DNA of 60,393 nucleotides, counting the filler, from Basidiobolus ranarum (lineage: Eukaryota), in assembly GCA_040143965.1 (NCBI GenBank). It is 12 parts of 12 records of this genome, joined end to end, with 100 filler letters (N's around TTAATTAATTAA, not from the genome) between each part and the next. Parts side by side here need not be neighbours in the genome. Positions count along the whole stretch, not along the records: positions 35,320 to 40,256 come from JASJQH010001776.1; positions 40,357 to 45,293 come from JASJQH010001777.1; positions 45,394 to 50,329 come from JASJQH010001778.1; 9 more parts are not named here. The stretch is one strand, 5' to 3'. The position numbers and the translations under genes were made by a program. A model generated the notes under the pieces. The model made no database searches. It was not told where the DNA came from and worked only from the letters and a program-made list of their open reading frames with translations. The stretch's first letter is position 1. Each line of letters starts with the position of its first letter. Below are positions 36,142 to 47,989 of the stretch, in pieces.

Positions 36142-37458
36142 ATGGAAAAGTTACTCGTCCTAGTTTTAGCTTTGACTCTTGTCCATCCTACGATTGGAGT
36201 TGTCATTCCCCGCAGTTATTCCAGTAATGGTGTTTATACTCTACCAATTCGTCGCTCCACTGTGTTGCCACCCGATACCCACCATAGTAGAAGTTTGAAG
36301 GCTAGAGCTGTAGGCAGTATCCCGGCTAAAAATATGCTGGTTCATGTAAGCAAGCCCTAACCATAAACACATCTGGCTTCTTGAATTGTAACTAATCTCT
36401 CCTTCATATGAGTAGTATTCCACTTTCATCGAAATTGGAAGTCCGCCCACGTCCTATGAAGTATTAATTGATACCAACTCCGCAAATACGTGGGTCGGTG
36501 CTGGTAAAGCCTATGTTCGCACGAGTACCTCCGAACAGACCTCCAACTCGGTTTCTGTTAATTATGGTAGCAGTTCATTCTCTGGAACGGAATTCACTGA
36601 TACCGTGACAATGGGTCCAAATTTGGTAATCCAAAAACAATCCATAGGAGTTGCCTCTACGTCGCAAGGGTTCAGTGGCCTTGATGGTGTACTAGGTTTA
36701 GGCCCAGCTGGTTTGACTCTTGGAACATTATCACCTGATAGTGCATCCATTATTCCTACCGTTGTTGATAATCTTTTCTCACAGAAAACAATACCCAGTG
36801 ACATCTTTAGTATTTACTTCGAGCCAGCCACGGCAGAGGCCCAAGTAAATGGTGAAATTATCTTTGGTGGAACTGATTCATCAAAGTACACAGGTAATAT
36901 TATTTATGCTCCAATAACCACAACATCACCAGCCAACCAGTCCTGGGCCATTGACGGCTCAATCCGCTACGGAAGCACCACTGCCATCATGTCAAATACC
37001 CCGGGAATTATTGATTCTGGGACATCACTGGTGTTGCTTCCTACTGAGGCCTTTCAAAGCTTCATGCAAGCAACGGGTGCGACAATGGATCAAGCAACTG
37101 GATTACCAACGCTAACTACAGCACAATTCGATGCTCTACAGTCACTATTCATCACCATTGGAAGCACAACATTGGAACTCACCGCAAATGCCTGTATAAT
37201 TCCGCGATCGATGAATACCCAGGTAGGTGGGAATGCTGGTGATATATATCTTGCCTTTGGAGATCAAGGAACCAAATCTGGACAAGGACCAACCTTTACT
37301 TTAGGATTGGCATTCTTAGAACGATTCTATACTGTATATGACACTGCGAACAAAAGAATAGGTATGGTAAAACTTGCCCTATTGTGCTAACACTAATTTC
37401 TAACTAACTTCAAATAGGTCTTGCTACAACTGCATTTACAAGGGCAACCTCAAATTGA
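36142..37458 (+). CDS. Secreted A1 aspartic peptidase, polyporopepsin-like, 3 exons
   Basis: Exons 36142-36345, 36416-37361 and 37418-37458, with signal and propeptide. Motifs LIDTNSANTWVG, YGSSSFSG, DGVLGLGP, IIDSGT and FLERFYTVYD; the protein ends GLATTAFTRATSN*. Confidence 0.93.
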
Positions 37459-37710
37459 TACTAATATTTACTTCTCCCATAAACACTGCCGTGATGTGAA
37501 TGCTGTATCAATCAAGTGTAGTGTACTTAAAACTTTGTACCTAGCCTTTATTACTACTATCTACTTATTATTGGAATTCAGTTCTTGCAAATGAACCTTG
37601 GCAATAAAGTCATTGCTCTCTGTAACCTAAAGTCTACTGTTTGTGACAACTTGCAATGGATGCTACTACATAATATTGTTGTCCAATTTTAGTCCTTGAT
37701 TGTAGCATGC

Positions 37711-37790
37711 TAGGGGGGATGAAACACAACAAATGATGCAAACTCTGCTTAGTTAAGTACTAATCTAAATAACATGACAGTTGGGACAAC
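37711..37790 (+). repeat. Repeat terminus TAGGGGGGATGAAA (second copy at 40039), possible hAT-like end
   Basis: About 75 nt is shared with 40039-40115, where it abruptly truncates an LTR-A. Confidence 0.5.
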
Positions 37791-38048
37791 AGACTTGTTC
37801 TGTCAGACCAGGCTAGGTAGTGCTGTGCAATTCAACCTGCTAACACTTTGTCTGGCAAGATCAGGCAGTGGCCATTTGGCTGATCAGCCAGGTCCTATAA
37901 CACATGATTGGACACTGTAAGGAGCAATATGGCACAATCTCAACTCATTATGACATAATGTTCTTGCAGAAGTACCATGTCTGCTTGTACTTTGCTACCC
38001 TCCTTAGTAATGCTAAATTATAGTTTAGGAAACTGACATGGTAGTGTT

Positions 38049-38290
38049 TGTTGAATTTTATATAGAATAAACATTAATGTATTCATATATAACTTCTATC
38101 TAGTTGTTCTGTATTGCACTAAGATATCACTCACTATTCTAAATCAGAATATACCCAGAAAACTTTTACACTCTTAGAAGTTTGCAGATACATAGATTTC
38201 CCAATCTAGACTTTGAGGTTCCAATCGTGATACATAAACTCATGGGATATTTTGTCACACATTCAACATATGTGCCTATCTACCCTTTAA
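38049..38290 (+). mobile_element. Highly diverged copia LTR-A copy
   Basis: TGTTGAA start and the collinear motifs CATATATAACTT, CACTAAGATATC and TTAGAAGTT. Confidence 0.55.
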
Positions 38291-39043
38291 TAAACTATCC
38301 CTGCAAATTTTAATTTTGGAATACCTTCAAATTAGATTTTGACTGCTTTTGGCTGGGTTACCCTACAGTTTTCTGACAGTAAACTGGTGGTTTATTTTGT
38401 ATCAAACTTTTTATTCACAATTTAATCCTATTGACCCAATTCTTATTCTAGATTGTATGTGCTTCTGACCAAATCATTTTGACCTTTAGCATGCATATAT
38501 TTAGTAACTTGATTTCAGCACTTAAAATGTTTATGGTTACCAACACTATTTTACCAGCCACAAAATGAGCTAAAAAATTCAATAAACTCACCTTTACTCA
38601 ATACAACAAATGCATTATTGTGATAAAGCAGACATAATTCCAAAACTTGATATTTTACCACTAATACTCACCTTGGAAAAGTTGCTGTATATATTGAACT
38701 ACTAGAACATGCACATTTTGCAAATAAATAGTTCTTCCCATTTCTACTCACCATAATTAACTGATCAATTTGGACAAACACTTGTCAAGTGTTCAGACAG
38801 AACATCCCCTCACTTACTTGTATAAACATCCTAAGCCAATATCTTGGACCGATGGAAGAGTATACAACAAGATGTATAAGATTATGGAATTCTGATCCAT
38901 TCAGCCAGATCTGGTATAAACATTAAGTCAACTGCTCTAGAGTCAAATTAAATGTTACATTTTGCAATTAAAATTGTAACAAATAATAAACTTAAATGGC
39001 ACTTATTTCCTGTGGGTTAATAGCAGCTTTTTTTACATTATGC

Positions 39044-39289
39044 CACTAACAAAAATACAATCAATTTGATCCAGATCAAATCCACCTTTGAGGAGCACAA
39101 AACCATCTGCAGACCATCGTAATAATGGTGGCTTTTATTCTGCCAGATATTTTGTTAGTATCATGGCAGCTTCTTGATTGTATTGTGATGGTAATCACAC
39201 ATGCCAAATTATTGATCCTCACTATTTGGCTTGCATTATTCCATTTCCTACAATTTTTAGAAAAAACCAATTTTTGGATGGCAAGTTTC
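39044..39289 (-). mobile_element. CACTA element end (transposase-3' side)
   Basis: Begins CACTAACAAAAAT. Collinear with 20373 onward and with the reverse complement of 45420-45665. Confidence 0.7.
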
Positions 39290-40038
39290 TATTAAGGTAT
39301 TTGGGAGCCTGTTCAAAGTGGTTTGGAGAATCAGAGAAATTGGTGGTTTTCACTTTTTGATTTATTGTGTAGAAAGTTGACATTTAAACTTCTGTCAAGA
39401 TGTAAGCAAAATAGCATGTAGAATGTGTTAAGGAAAGTTCCAGGAATATGTGTGCAAAGTTTGGGGCTTCTAGCACAATTTTGAAAAATCTATATATCCG
39501 AGATCTTCTAAGTTGGTGGATATATTCTAAGTAAATTCCACTTTGAGAATGATGATCATGTCTTTGTGAACTATAAGATAGCTAAGTAATAAGCCAAATA
39601 TGACTATAAAGGTGCTTAGGCAATGCTATTTTCAACACTCTCCCTCAACTAAATAGTTATATTAACTAATCCTAATAGAGTTCTACATTTCTCAAATTTC
39701 TGTCTAGCTAATGGTTTGGTTAATATATCAGCAATCATATCTTCTGTAGAGCAATAAGTTAATTCAATAAACCTATTCTCTGTTAAAGTATTTGGGAGCC
39801 TGTTGGAAGTGGTTTGGAGAATTAGAGGAATTGGTGGTTTTCACTTATTGATTTATTGAGTAGAAAGTTGACATTAATAGTTTTGTCAAGATGTAAACAA
39901 ACTAATGTGTAGAATATGTTAAGGAAGGTCCCAGGAACATGTGTGCAAAGTTTGGGGCTTCTAGCACAAGTTTGAAAATCTATATATCTGAGAACTTTTA
40001 AGTAAATTCCGATTGAGAATAGTGGGTGATATCTTAGT
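39290..40038 (-). mobile_element. Copia family A 3' LTR, PPT and RNase H tail, interrupted by another LTR-A (39781-40038)
   Basis: LTR 39290-39637, then CTCTCCCTCAA and DMIADILTKPL, then TGTTAAAGTATTTGGG at 39781. Confidence 0.9.
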
Positions 40039-40356
40039 TAGGGGGGATGAAAAGCACCAGATGGTGTAGACTTTATTTAGCTTAAATACTAATCTAAACA
40101 AAGTGACAATCAAGACATCAATCTTTTGAGATATTGTGACAATACTGAATCATATCCATACTTAACCTGATGACCAATGTAATCAAGCTCAGAGGATGTA
40201 AATATAGTGTTAAGGGGCAAAGGTGGTAAGCAGAAAGGAAGGTACTCAGTGCAAACNNNNNNNNNNNNNNNNNNNNNNNNNNNNNNNNNNNNNNNNNNNN
40301 TTAATTAATTAANNNNNNNNNNNNNNNNNNNNNNNNNNNNNNNNNNNNNNNNNNNN

Positions 40357-40545
40357 TTTAAATTCTTCTTGACATAGACAAGAGATCAGATAATGCTGAG
40401 TAAGCTTATCCCCAATTGGTTCCAAAGTGAGTACAAGGGCTGAATATGATTCAGGGAGACCATTGATGATGGTAAGAATTATATCCATTTCAGGTACTTT
40501 GTAATTCACTGATTCCAGTTGTTGGGCAAGTTTCTTGACAAGTAT
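40357..40545 (-). pseudogene. Copia gag (UBN2-type) fragment
   Basis: LAQQLESVNYKVPEMDIILTIINGLPESYSALVLTLE. Confidence 0.8.
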
Positions 40546-41660
40546 GCTCCAAGAAGCTATCTATAAGCACTGGTGATTTAGATCCATATATGATGGATAG
40601 TATCAAAATATTATGACTCTTATACTCTTCAGAAGAAGGAAGATTTGAATAAATTAAAATTATTGGCCATCAAGCCTTTCCAGTGGTGTATTTGTTTAGC
40701 GGGAATTTTTCCAGAGCCAATGCCAATCCATGATCATACATATTCTCAAACAAACCTTAACTTTTCAGATTCTGGTAGTGATCTCCATCAAGTATATTGG
40801 TAGCTCCATTAGCTTTACAGTGAGTACTATGGCATTCTATCAATGATCTACATTTGGGTGATTTCATCAAAACTTTAATATGAGCAATCAATGGTATGTG
40901 AGCCATATATGAACAGTATTTACCTGATTCAGTGATTGCCAATGTGTGCAAAGAATATGTGGCTTCAGGTTTTGCTGATCACTGGTGAAAGCTAAACAAA
41001 CATTTGAACATGAATGTAGTTTAATTACTGAAGGATTATAAGTCATAAGATTGACAAGTTTTTTCCACTTAAACCAGGTTGGTGGCAAGCAACAGTTGCC
41101 AATCAGTTGTGGTAAAAGTGTAAGAAGATCAATAAACACCTGGTTGCTAAGATTGGATTGAACTCTCCACTCTGCAATGAGTAATGCTGCCTCCTTAACT
41201 GTAAGTGTTATGAGTGTACCAATGCTTGCCAAAAACAAAGAGTTTGTAACAAAACTGTCATGTTCTTCTTCAACCTCTGATATACTTCCAGCAGTACTGA
41301 AATAAGCAAAGTCAGCATCTAGAAGAAAGTCTGAAAAGTTGTCTGGGCTTAGTGGTTCAACCAGAGTTGTATTTCTACATACATCATTCTGGTCATATAA
41401 ATGTGTTAGCTCCACAGTGTCTTGACTTTTGGCAGTGTTACCAAAGCTTTGAGGCAGAGTACAGTCAGTGGACTCAATAGGCAAAACTAAAGTCAACTTT
41501 GTGCACTTATTACTGTTGATATTCACCAGGCTTTGTGCAGCTGGTGACTTTGTACAGTAACTATGCTGGTGATTATTTTTTGTATGAAACCTTTGGCTTT
41601 CATAGCACAAGAATTTGTGACAATACTAGCAGAGCAGCTTTAAACATCTGTGTTGTGGCA
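40546..41660 (-). pseudogene. CACTA/EnSpm (Tnp2/Transposase_21) transposase pseudogene, N-terminal half
   Basis: LPPTWFKWKKLV...IKLHSCSNVCLAF, HIPLIAHIKVL, NILDGDHYQ and WPIILIYSNLPSSEEYKSHNILILSIIYGSKSPVLIDSFLEH. Confidence 0.85.
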
Positions 41661-41830
41661 TGAGAATGAAATTGAGGAGAAAGAACACCTCCTACATAGG
41701 GATGATGTTTTAGGTATATCCCATCCATTTTGTCAGCTGATTCTGAGATGGTTTCATAGATGAGTCATCAGGGGATTTTCATAACATATATGTCAATGGA
41801 TGGCAATTTAGTTTATTATAAGCTGTTTCT

Positions 41831-43661
41831 GGTTGAAATTAGCTTTGCCTAAACACCTATATAGTCATATATTACTTTGTGCTTAGTTATCTTATGATTA
41901 ACTAAGATATTATCCATTATTTGCAATTGGAATTTACTTATAATATTTTTACCAATTTTGAAGCTCTCAGATATATAGATATTTTCAAACTTGTGCTAGA
42001 AGCCCCAAACTTTACATACTGCTGACTGGGACCTTCCTTAGCTTGTTCTACATGTAATATATCAAATGGATGTTAAAACTACTTTTTTGAATGGTAAGCT
42101 TGCTGAGTACATCTATATGAGCCAGCCAGATGGATTTGTGGACCCAGAACACTCTAAAAAAGTATGCAGAATCTGGAAAACACTCTATGGCTTAAAACAA
42201 TTTTCAAGAGCTTGGAATAGCAAGAAAGATGCTTTTTTGGAAACACTCAAATTCCAAAAGAGTAATGCTAATTATAGTATCTAATTCAGGCCAGATAAGA
42301 CAAGCCTAGTATTATTAGCCTTATATATAGATGACCTTATTATAACAACCAATGACTTGAAAACTTTGTAGAAAACCAAATCCAGCTTATCTGCCAAATT
42401 CAAAATGACTGATCTTGGTGAACTGATATACTATCTTGGAATCCAAGTCAAGATAGATAGAACTATCAAGACAGTAATTTGAACCAGTCTAAGTATATCC
42501 TAGATATACTAAAGAAGTTCAAAATGGCAGAATGTAATCCAGTATCTATTCCAATGGAGACATATCTTAACATGATCAAAAATAGCTCAAATCAGACATT
42601 TTGGGATTCAAATGAAAGCCAGAAATTTCCTTTTAAATCAATGGTTAGCAGCTTGATGTATATATCATGGTTGAAACACAGCAGATACTGCATATTCTGT
42701 GGGAGTTATATGCCAATATCTTCAAAATTATGGACCTGATCCAATCATGGCAGTCAAGCAGATATTCAGATATTTGAAAGGTACTGTGGATCTGCGCTTA
42801 AAATACACATATTCTGGATCAAACTTGGATCTGATGGGATATTCAGATGCCAATTGGGGAAGAGAAATTGAAGACAGGAGATCTAATACAAGATACTTAC
42901 TTTGTTGCTGTAATGGAGCTATTTCTTGGAATTCAAGAAACAACCTAGTATAGCAGTTTCAACAGCAGAAGCAGAATACATGGCTTCCTGTGAAGTAACA
43001 AAAGAAGCAATATGGCTAAGAAGTCTCCTAACAGCTTTGGGTTATTCTCAAAATTCACCAACTACAATATTCCAAGATAATCAAAGTTGTGTCAAGTAGC
43101 TAAAAATTGCACATTTCATAATAGAAGCAAAAATATAGATATTAAGCATTATCTCATCAGAGACACTATAGAGAGTAAATTTGTTGGATAAACTTTTTGT
43201 TCCATGGAAGACATGATTGCTGATATACTAACCAAACTGTTAGCTAGACAGAAATTTGAGAAATTTAGACCTTCATTAGGATTAGTTTATATAACTATTT
43301 AATTGAGGGAGAGTGTTGAAATTAGCATTGCCTAAGCACCTATATAGTCATATATAGCTTAGTACTTAGTTATCTTATAGTTCACTAAGATATTATCCAT
43401 TATTCTCAATTGGAACTGACTTGGAATGTTTTTACCAACTTGGAAGTTATCAGATATATAGATTTTTTCATACTTGTGCTAGAAGTGCCAAACTTTGCAC
43501 ACATGTTCCTGAGACCTTCCTTAGCACATTTTACATGTTACTTTGTTTACATCTTGACAAAACTATGAACTTCAACTTTCTACTCAATAAATCATTAAGT
43601 GAAAACACCAATTTCTCTAATTCTCCAAATTTCTTCCAACAGGCTCCTAAGTACTTTAACA
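41831..43661 (+). mobile_element. Copia family A: partial LTR, RT/RNase H pseudogene, PPT and 3' LTR (43314-43661)
   Basis: [38 protein letters not shown] and MIADILTK motifs. PPT TTGAGGGAGAG sits directly before TGTTGAAATTAGC; the LTR ends TACTTTAACA. Confidence 0.95.
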
Positions 43662-44187
43662 CTTCTAAGCAACTTTGTTACACCAGGTTTACCATCTGAA
43701 ATTTAATGGCGTTGAAAAGTATGCAAAATCTAAATCAAAATTGGCTTCTAAGCCAAAGCCTGCTGGCTTGAAAGGAAAAAAACCAGCAAGAACAGAGGAC
43801 TTGGTTGATGTACAGTCTAGCAACCTACTATCTACTTTGGAAGGCATTAACATGCTGGAAACTAACTCAAGTAATAATGAAGCATTTAATAAATTTAACA
43901 GATGTGTTGCTTTCCAGCAATAGTGCAAGTGAAGACATTGTAATCCCCCAATTATATAGTAAATGAATAGTTGAGCAAAGTTCAATAGAAGCACCATCAA
44001 GACTGTCAGCTCACAAAATGGCTACTTTGCCACTTATTAAATAACCCTCTGTAGAAAATTTTGATAGAATTATTACAGCCAGGGAATGGCAGGCACAATA
44101 CCATAATGATCTGTATGCAAACATAAATAAAACTACAAAGTTACTATAAAGGCCATGAAAAGTAATAATAAAGTGTTAGAGAGTTAC

Positions 44188-45293
44188 TGTCATGATTCTG
44201 ATCTTGGCATACTGATCCATTACAAATAGAACTTCTCTATTATTAGATTATGACATCATATCTGCTGTGCCATCCCTTCTTGGCAATCTGGTGTCAATTC
44301 ATCCAGATTACCTTATATGGAAATCATGTTCTTTGGAACATTCCATGAAACCTAACCAATCATGTCATCCCACACTAAGTGTATTTCTGCCACAACCTTC
44401 CATGGAAGGTCACCTGATCATCCTTACATCATCCCTCTTTGTATTGCTCCTTGTAGTCCCCAACACCCCAACTCTCAAACTTGCCATAGTATATTCCCTA
44501 TTCAGTATATTATGTTTCACCTTGCAATATGTATATAAGCCCCATGTATTCCTTGATCAGACCTCAGTCTGCTCAACACCAGTTATCAATAAAGATTCTT
44601 GTCAAAGTATATTCCTTATCCTGTCTTGTCTTGTCTTGTCTAGTCTTGTGGTCTACACCCAAGCACTCTCCTGCCTTCTGGCCTCTTGTCATTGTTTCCA
44701 GTCCTTGTCCAGTTCCTTATTGTGACAGTTTGATCAAACTACTTATACTTGCCTGTAGACTTCTGTCCATCCCTGTTCTCCAACCTTGAAACCCCCCAAG
44801 GTTGGCTTCCCTCTTATTCCCCATCTTTCCCAAGCTTCCCTGCTAAGGCAAAGGTACCTTCCACCTTTGTATAATTGCTCTAAGTGCATCCTTGTAAAGA
44901 CACTTCTGGTTGAGTTTACAGTTGTTTTTGATCAAAGAAGCTTTAATACTTGATCAAGATCGAAGGACATTGATACCAGCATATTCTTTTGTCAAGGTGC
45001 CAATCATTTCTACACAGAAAGTTGGACATTGCATTGTGATTATCAATCCTAGAGAAACTTGTGATTTTCAAACTTCCCCCTCCCAGCACAGTAAGTATTA
45101 TGTCTACACCAGCCCTCACTATGGACAATATTATGCAAGCTCTTATTCAGCTCTAGCAAGAAAATCAAGGACTTTGTACTTTTATTGCTCAAGTACAGAA
45201 TCCAGCTCCACCCAACTATACTGCAAATCCAACTCCTGAACCCAAAATCTCCTTACCAAATAAGTTTGATGGCACTTGCCAAAACTATTGTGG
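44188..45293 (+). mobile_element. Ty3/gypsy (Tf1/sushi-like) 5' LTR (44188-44727), leader and gag start
   Basis: 540-bp LTR TGTCA...TGACA. The gag from 45121 reads MDNIMQALIQL*QENQ...EPKISLPNKFDGT. Confidence 0.88.
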
Positions 45294-45393
45294 NNNNNNN
45301 NNNNNNNNNNNNNNNNNNNNNNNNNNNNNNNNNNNNNTTAATTAATTAANNNNNNNNNNNNNNNNNNNNNNNNNNNNNNNNNNNNNNNNNNNN

Positions 45394-45665
45394 AAATCAA
45401 ATTCCTACAGCAGTAAACCCAGTAATTTACCATTCAAAAATTATATTTTTGCAAAAATTGCTAGATATTGAATAATGAATGCCTATTTCAGGATCAATAT
45501 TTTAACATGTATGAAAACCATCAAAATACCGTCAATAAACCACCATCACACCATCAAAATCCATGGCAGAATGCAAGCCACTGATGTTGTGATGGTTCTC
45601 TGACAGTTTTGCTCTTTTGGAGGGTGGATCCAATCTGGATTAAATCAACTTCATTTTTGTTAGGG
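45394..45665 (+). mobile_element. CACTA element end with subterminal ACCATCA repeats
   Basis: Ends ATTTTTGTTAGGG. It is the reverse complement of 20373-21000 once the solo LTR is removed. Confidence 0.78.
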
Positions 45666-45679
45666 AGAGAACAAGTCCA

Positions 45680-46945
45680 ATAGAAATGGCAGATCAATCA
45701 TATATGCACAAAATTTCTCTTAAAATCTTTGAGCAGAATCCATTACTACAGCTATATAACTGAAGAATAGGAGTTATACTAGAAGTCAGTCTAACTCTAC
45801 CATATAAAGATTGATTTGCAGCTAAACCTGAGGTGAGACATTTGAGCATCCTAGGATGCATTGCTTATTTCAAAATCATGACCAAAAATCAGTCCAAATT
45901 GATCAAAAAAGTAAGAAATGCATAATTCTGAGTTATTGTACTCAAACAAAGGCCTACAAACTCTACGAAACCAAAATCTCAAAGTTAATCAAGTCCAGGG
46001 ATGTCTTGTTGTTGGAAAATGAAGAAATTTTATCCAAAATAACATAGATGATCACAAAAATGAACTTGTTCCATTGTGCCAGAAGTTATCAGACCTTAAC
46101 TCAATATGTTAGAGCAAGTGTGATTGAAATTGTTGTTGCCAGAGGGTGCTGGATAGTTCCAAATTGTGCCACAAATATTTATAGTACTTTATTCAATATG
46201 ACATATACAGCACTATCTGGCACTATCACTAAGCACAAGTCAAACTAATTTCCTGTTGATCCAATCATTCAAGTTGATTCAAATCCAAACAATGAAGAGA
46301 CTTGCATTCCTGTGGACCATTCAACCATATTTATGCCTATTGCAGTAACCAATGCAATGCTTGAAGTTGTAATACCTTTATCCCAAACCAGGCAATCAAA
46401 TTGGATCAGGAACAGCCCTAATTACTATATCAACCAGTCCCAAAATTGGGCCTATGCCTGCACAGCTCAAGAATATGAAGCTTAGACTGTAAAAGAGGCT
46501 CAGAATGTCCCTCACAAGAAATTTTGGAGATCTGCAAAGGCTAATGAGTACCAGCCATTGATTGATAATCAAACTTGGCTTTTTAATCAAATTACCTGGT
46601 GAATGAAAATCAATTGACTGGCAATGCGGGTTTGAAGATAAATACAATTCTGATGGCAATTTAGAAAGGTACAAGGCTACACTGGTTGCCAAAGGCTATT
46701 CTCAAGCACCACTAATAGTTTTTACACAAACCTTTGCTCCTGTAGCATTGTTTAATTTGGTAAGCTTGATTAGAGCAATTTCAGCTAAATATCAGTTGAC
46801 TATGAATTAAATGGATTTTAAGACTTCTTTGTAGAAGGTCAAGCTTGCAAAAGAGATCTATATGGACCAGCCAGATGAATCTATAGACCTAGAAAACCCT
46901 AAAAAAAGTTTTCAGACTCTTGAAAACACTCTATGGCTTAAAATA
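45680..46945 (+). pseudogene. Copia integrase-RT pseudogene containing a MITE
   Basis: AESITTAI*LKNR, DQKSKKCIILSY..TKAYKLY..IKSRDV, NQTWLLIKLP, ERYKATLVAKGYSQ, TFAPV and EIYMDQPD. Confidence 0.9.
46062..46242 (+). mobile_element. ~180-bp MITE, copy in copia pol
   Basis: Collinear with 48966-49147. Flanks are AAT/AAC. Confidence 0.8.
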
Positions 46946-46948
46946 ATA

Positions 46949-47473
46949 CATTGTGATTCTGTTCCTTCCATACTCATCCACTACAAATAGATTTCTTCCA
47001 TTATAGGATTATGAAATCATATCAGCTGTGCCATACTCTCTTGGTAATCTTGTGCTAGTTCATCCAGGTTACCTTATATAGAAGTTATGTTCTTTTACAC
47101 ATTCCACAAAACCTAACCACTCATATCATCCCACAAGTAGTATATTTCCACCAAAACCTTTCATCAAAGGTCACCTGTTCATCTTCACATCATCCCTCTT
47201 TATATTAGTCCTTGCAGTCCCTAACACTTGGACTTGCCATACTATATTCCCTATTCAAAATATTATGTTTCACCATGCAATATCCAGATAAGCTCCCTGT
47301 AGTTCTTGATCAGACCTCAGTCTGATCTATGCCAGTTATAAATAAAGATTCTTGCCCAAGTATTCCCTATCTAGTTTTGTCTTGTCTTGCTGTGTGGTCT
47401 ACACCCAGGTACCCTACTGCTTCCTAGCCTCTTATTTCTGTTTCCGGTCCTTGTCCAGTTCCTTGTTGCAACA
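46949..47473 (+). mobile_element. Ty3/gypsy LTR, second copy
   Basis: Collinear with 44188-44727 along its length. It interrupts copia RT after LYGLK. Confidence 0.88.
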
Positions 47474-47989
47474 GTTAGATTAGAAATTAGTGGATATGTG
47501 ATAATTCATTTGATTTTCAAGCTTAAGTGGAAATATAAAAGTATCTGTGGCAATAAACCTCAGTCAAGTTTAATATATATATTTCTTAGCTACTCACTAA
47601 TTTTAATATAGCCCCAGAATAATCCATTGTTAATGGTGTTGATCAAGATTCTAGGACAATCTGGGGGAACCCAGATTAGTCTTCCAGGCTCCAAAGTAGT
47701 GCCTCCAAGATTTCAACTTCCTACAGAGGTGCTCCAATAGATAAGAGCAGATCTATAATGGATTGGATCCAATATATATGTTAAGCTTTGGAGTCCCCAG
47801 AATTTGTGTATATTAAGAATAATTTTGTCTACCATATAGCTTAGATTCAAGTCCATAAGTCTCATGTAATCTGTCAAGTGTTTTCCAAGCTTTTTAGATG
47901 CTATTGGCTTAGGGTTTGAGTATACACCTAATACAAATGTTTGCACTCAACTAGCAATTTTGTATTACTTTCAAACCAGACTTATATCA

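Noticed and set aside
44267..44789. Hydrophobic 152-aa and 86-aa ORFs as an env-like gene
   Set aside because: They lie within the gypsy LTR, arise from CTTGT repeats, and are not kept open in the second LTR copy.
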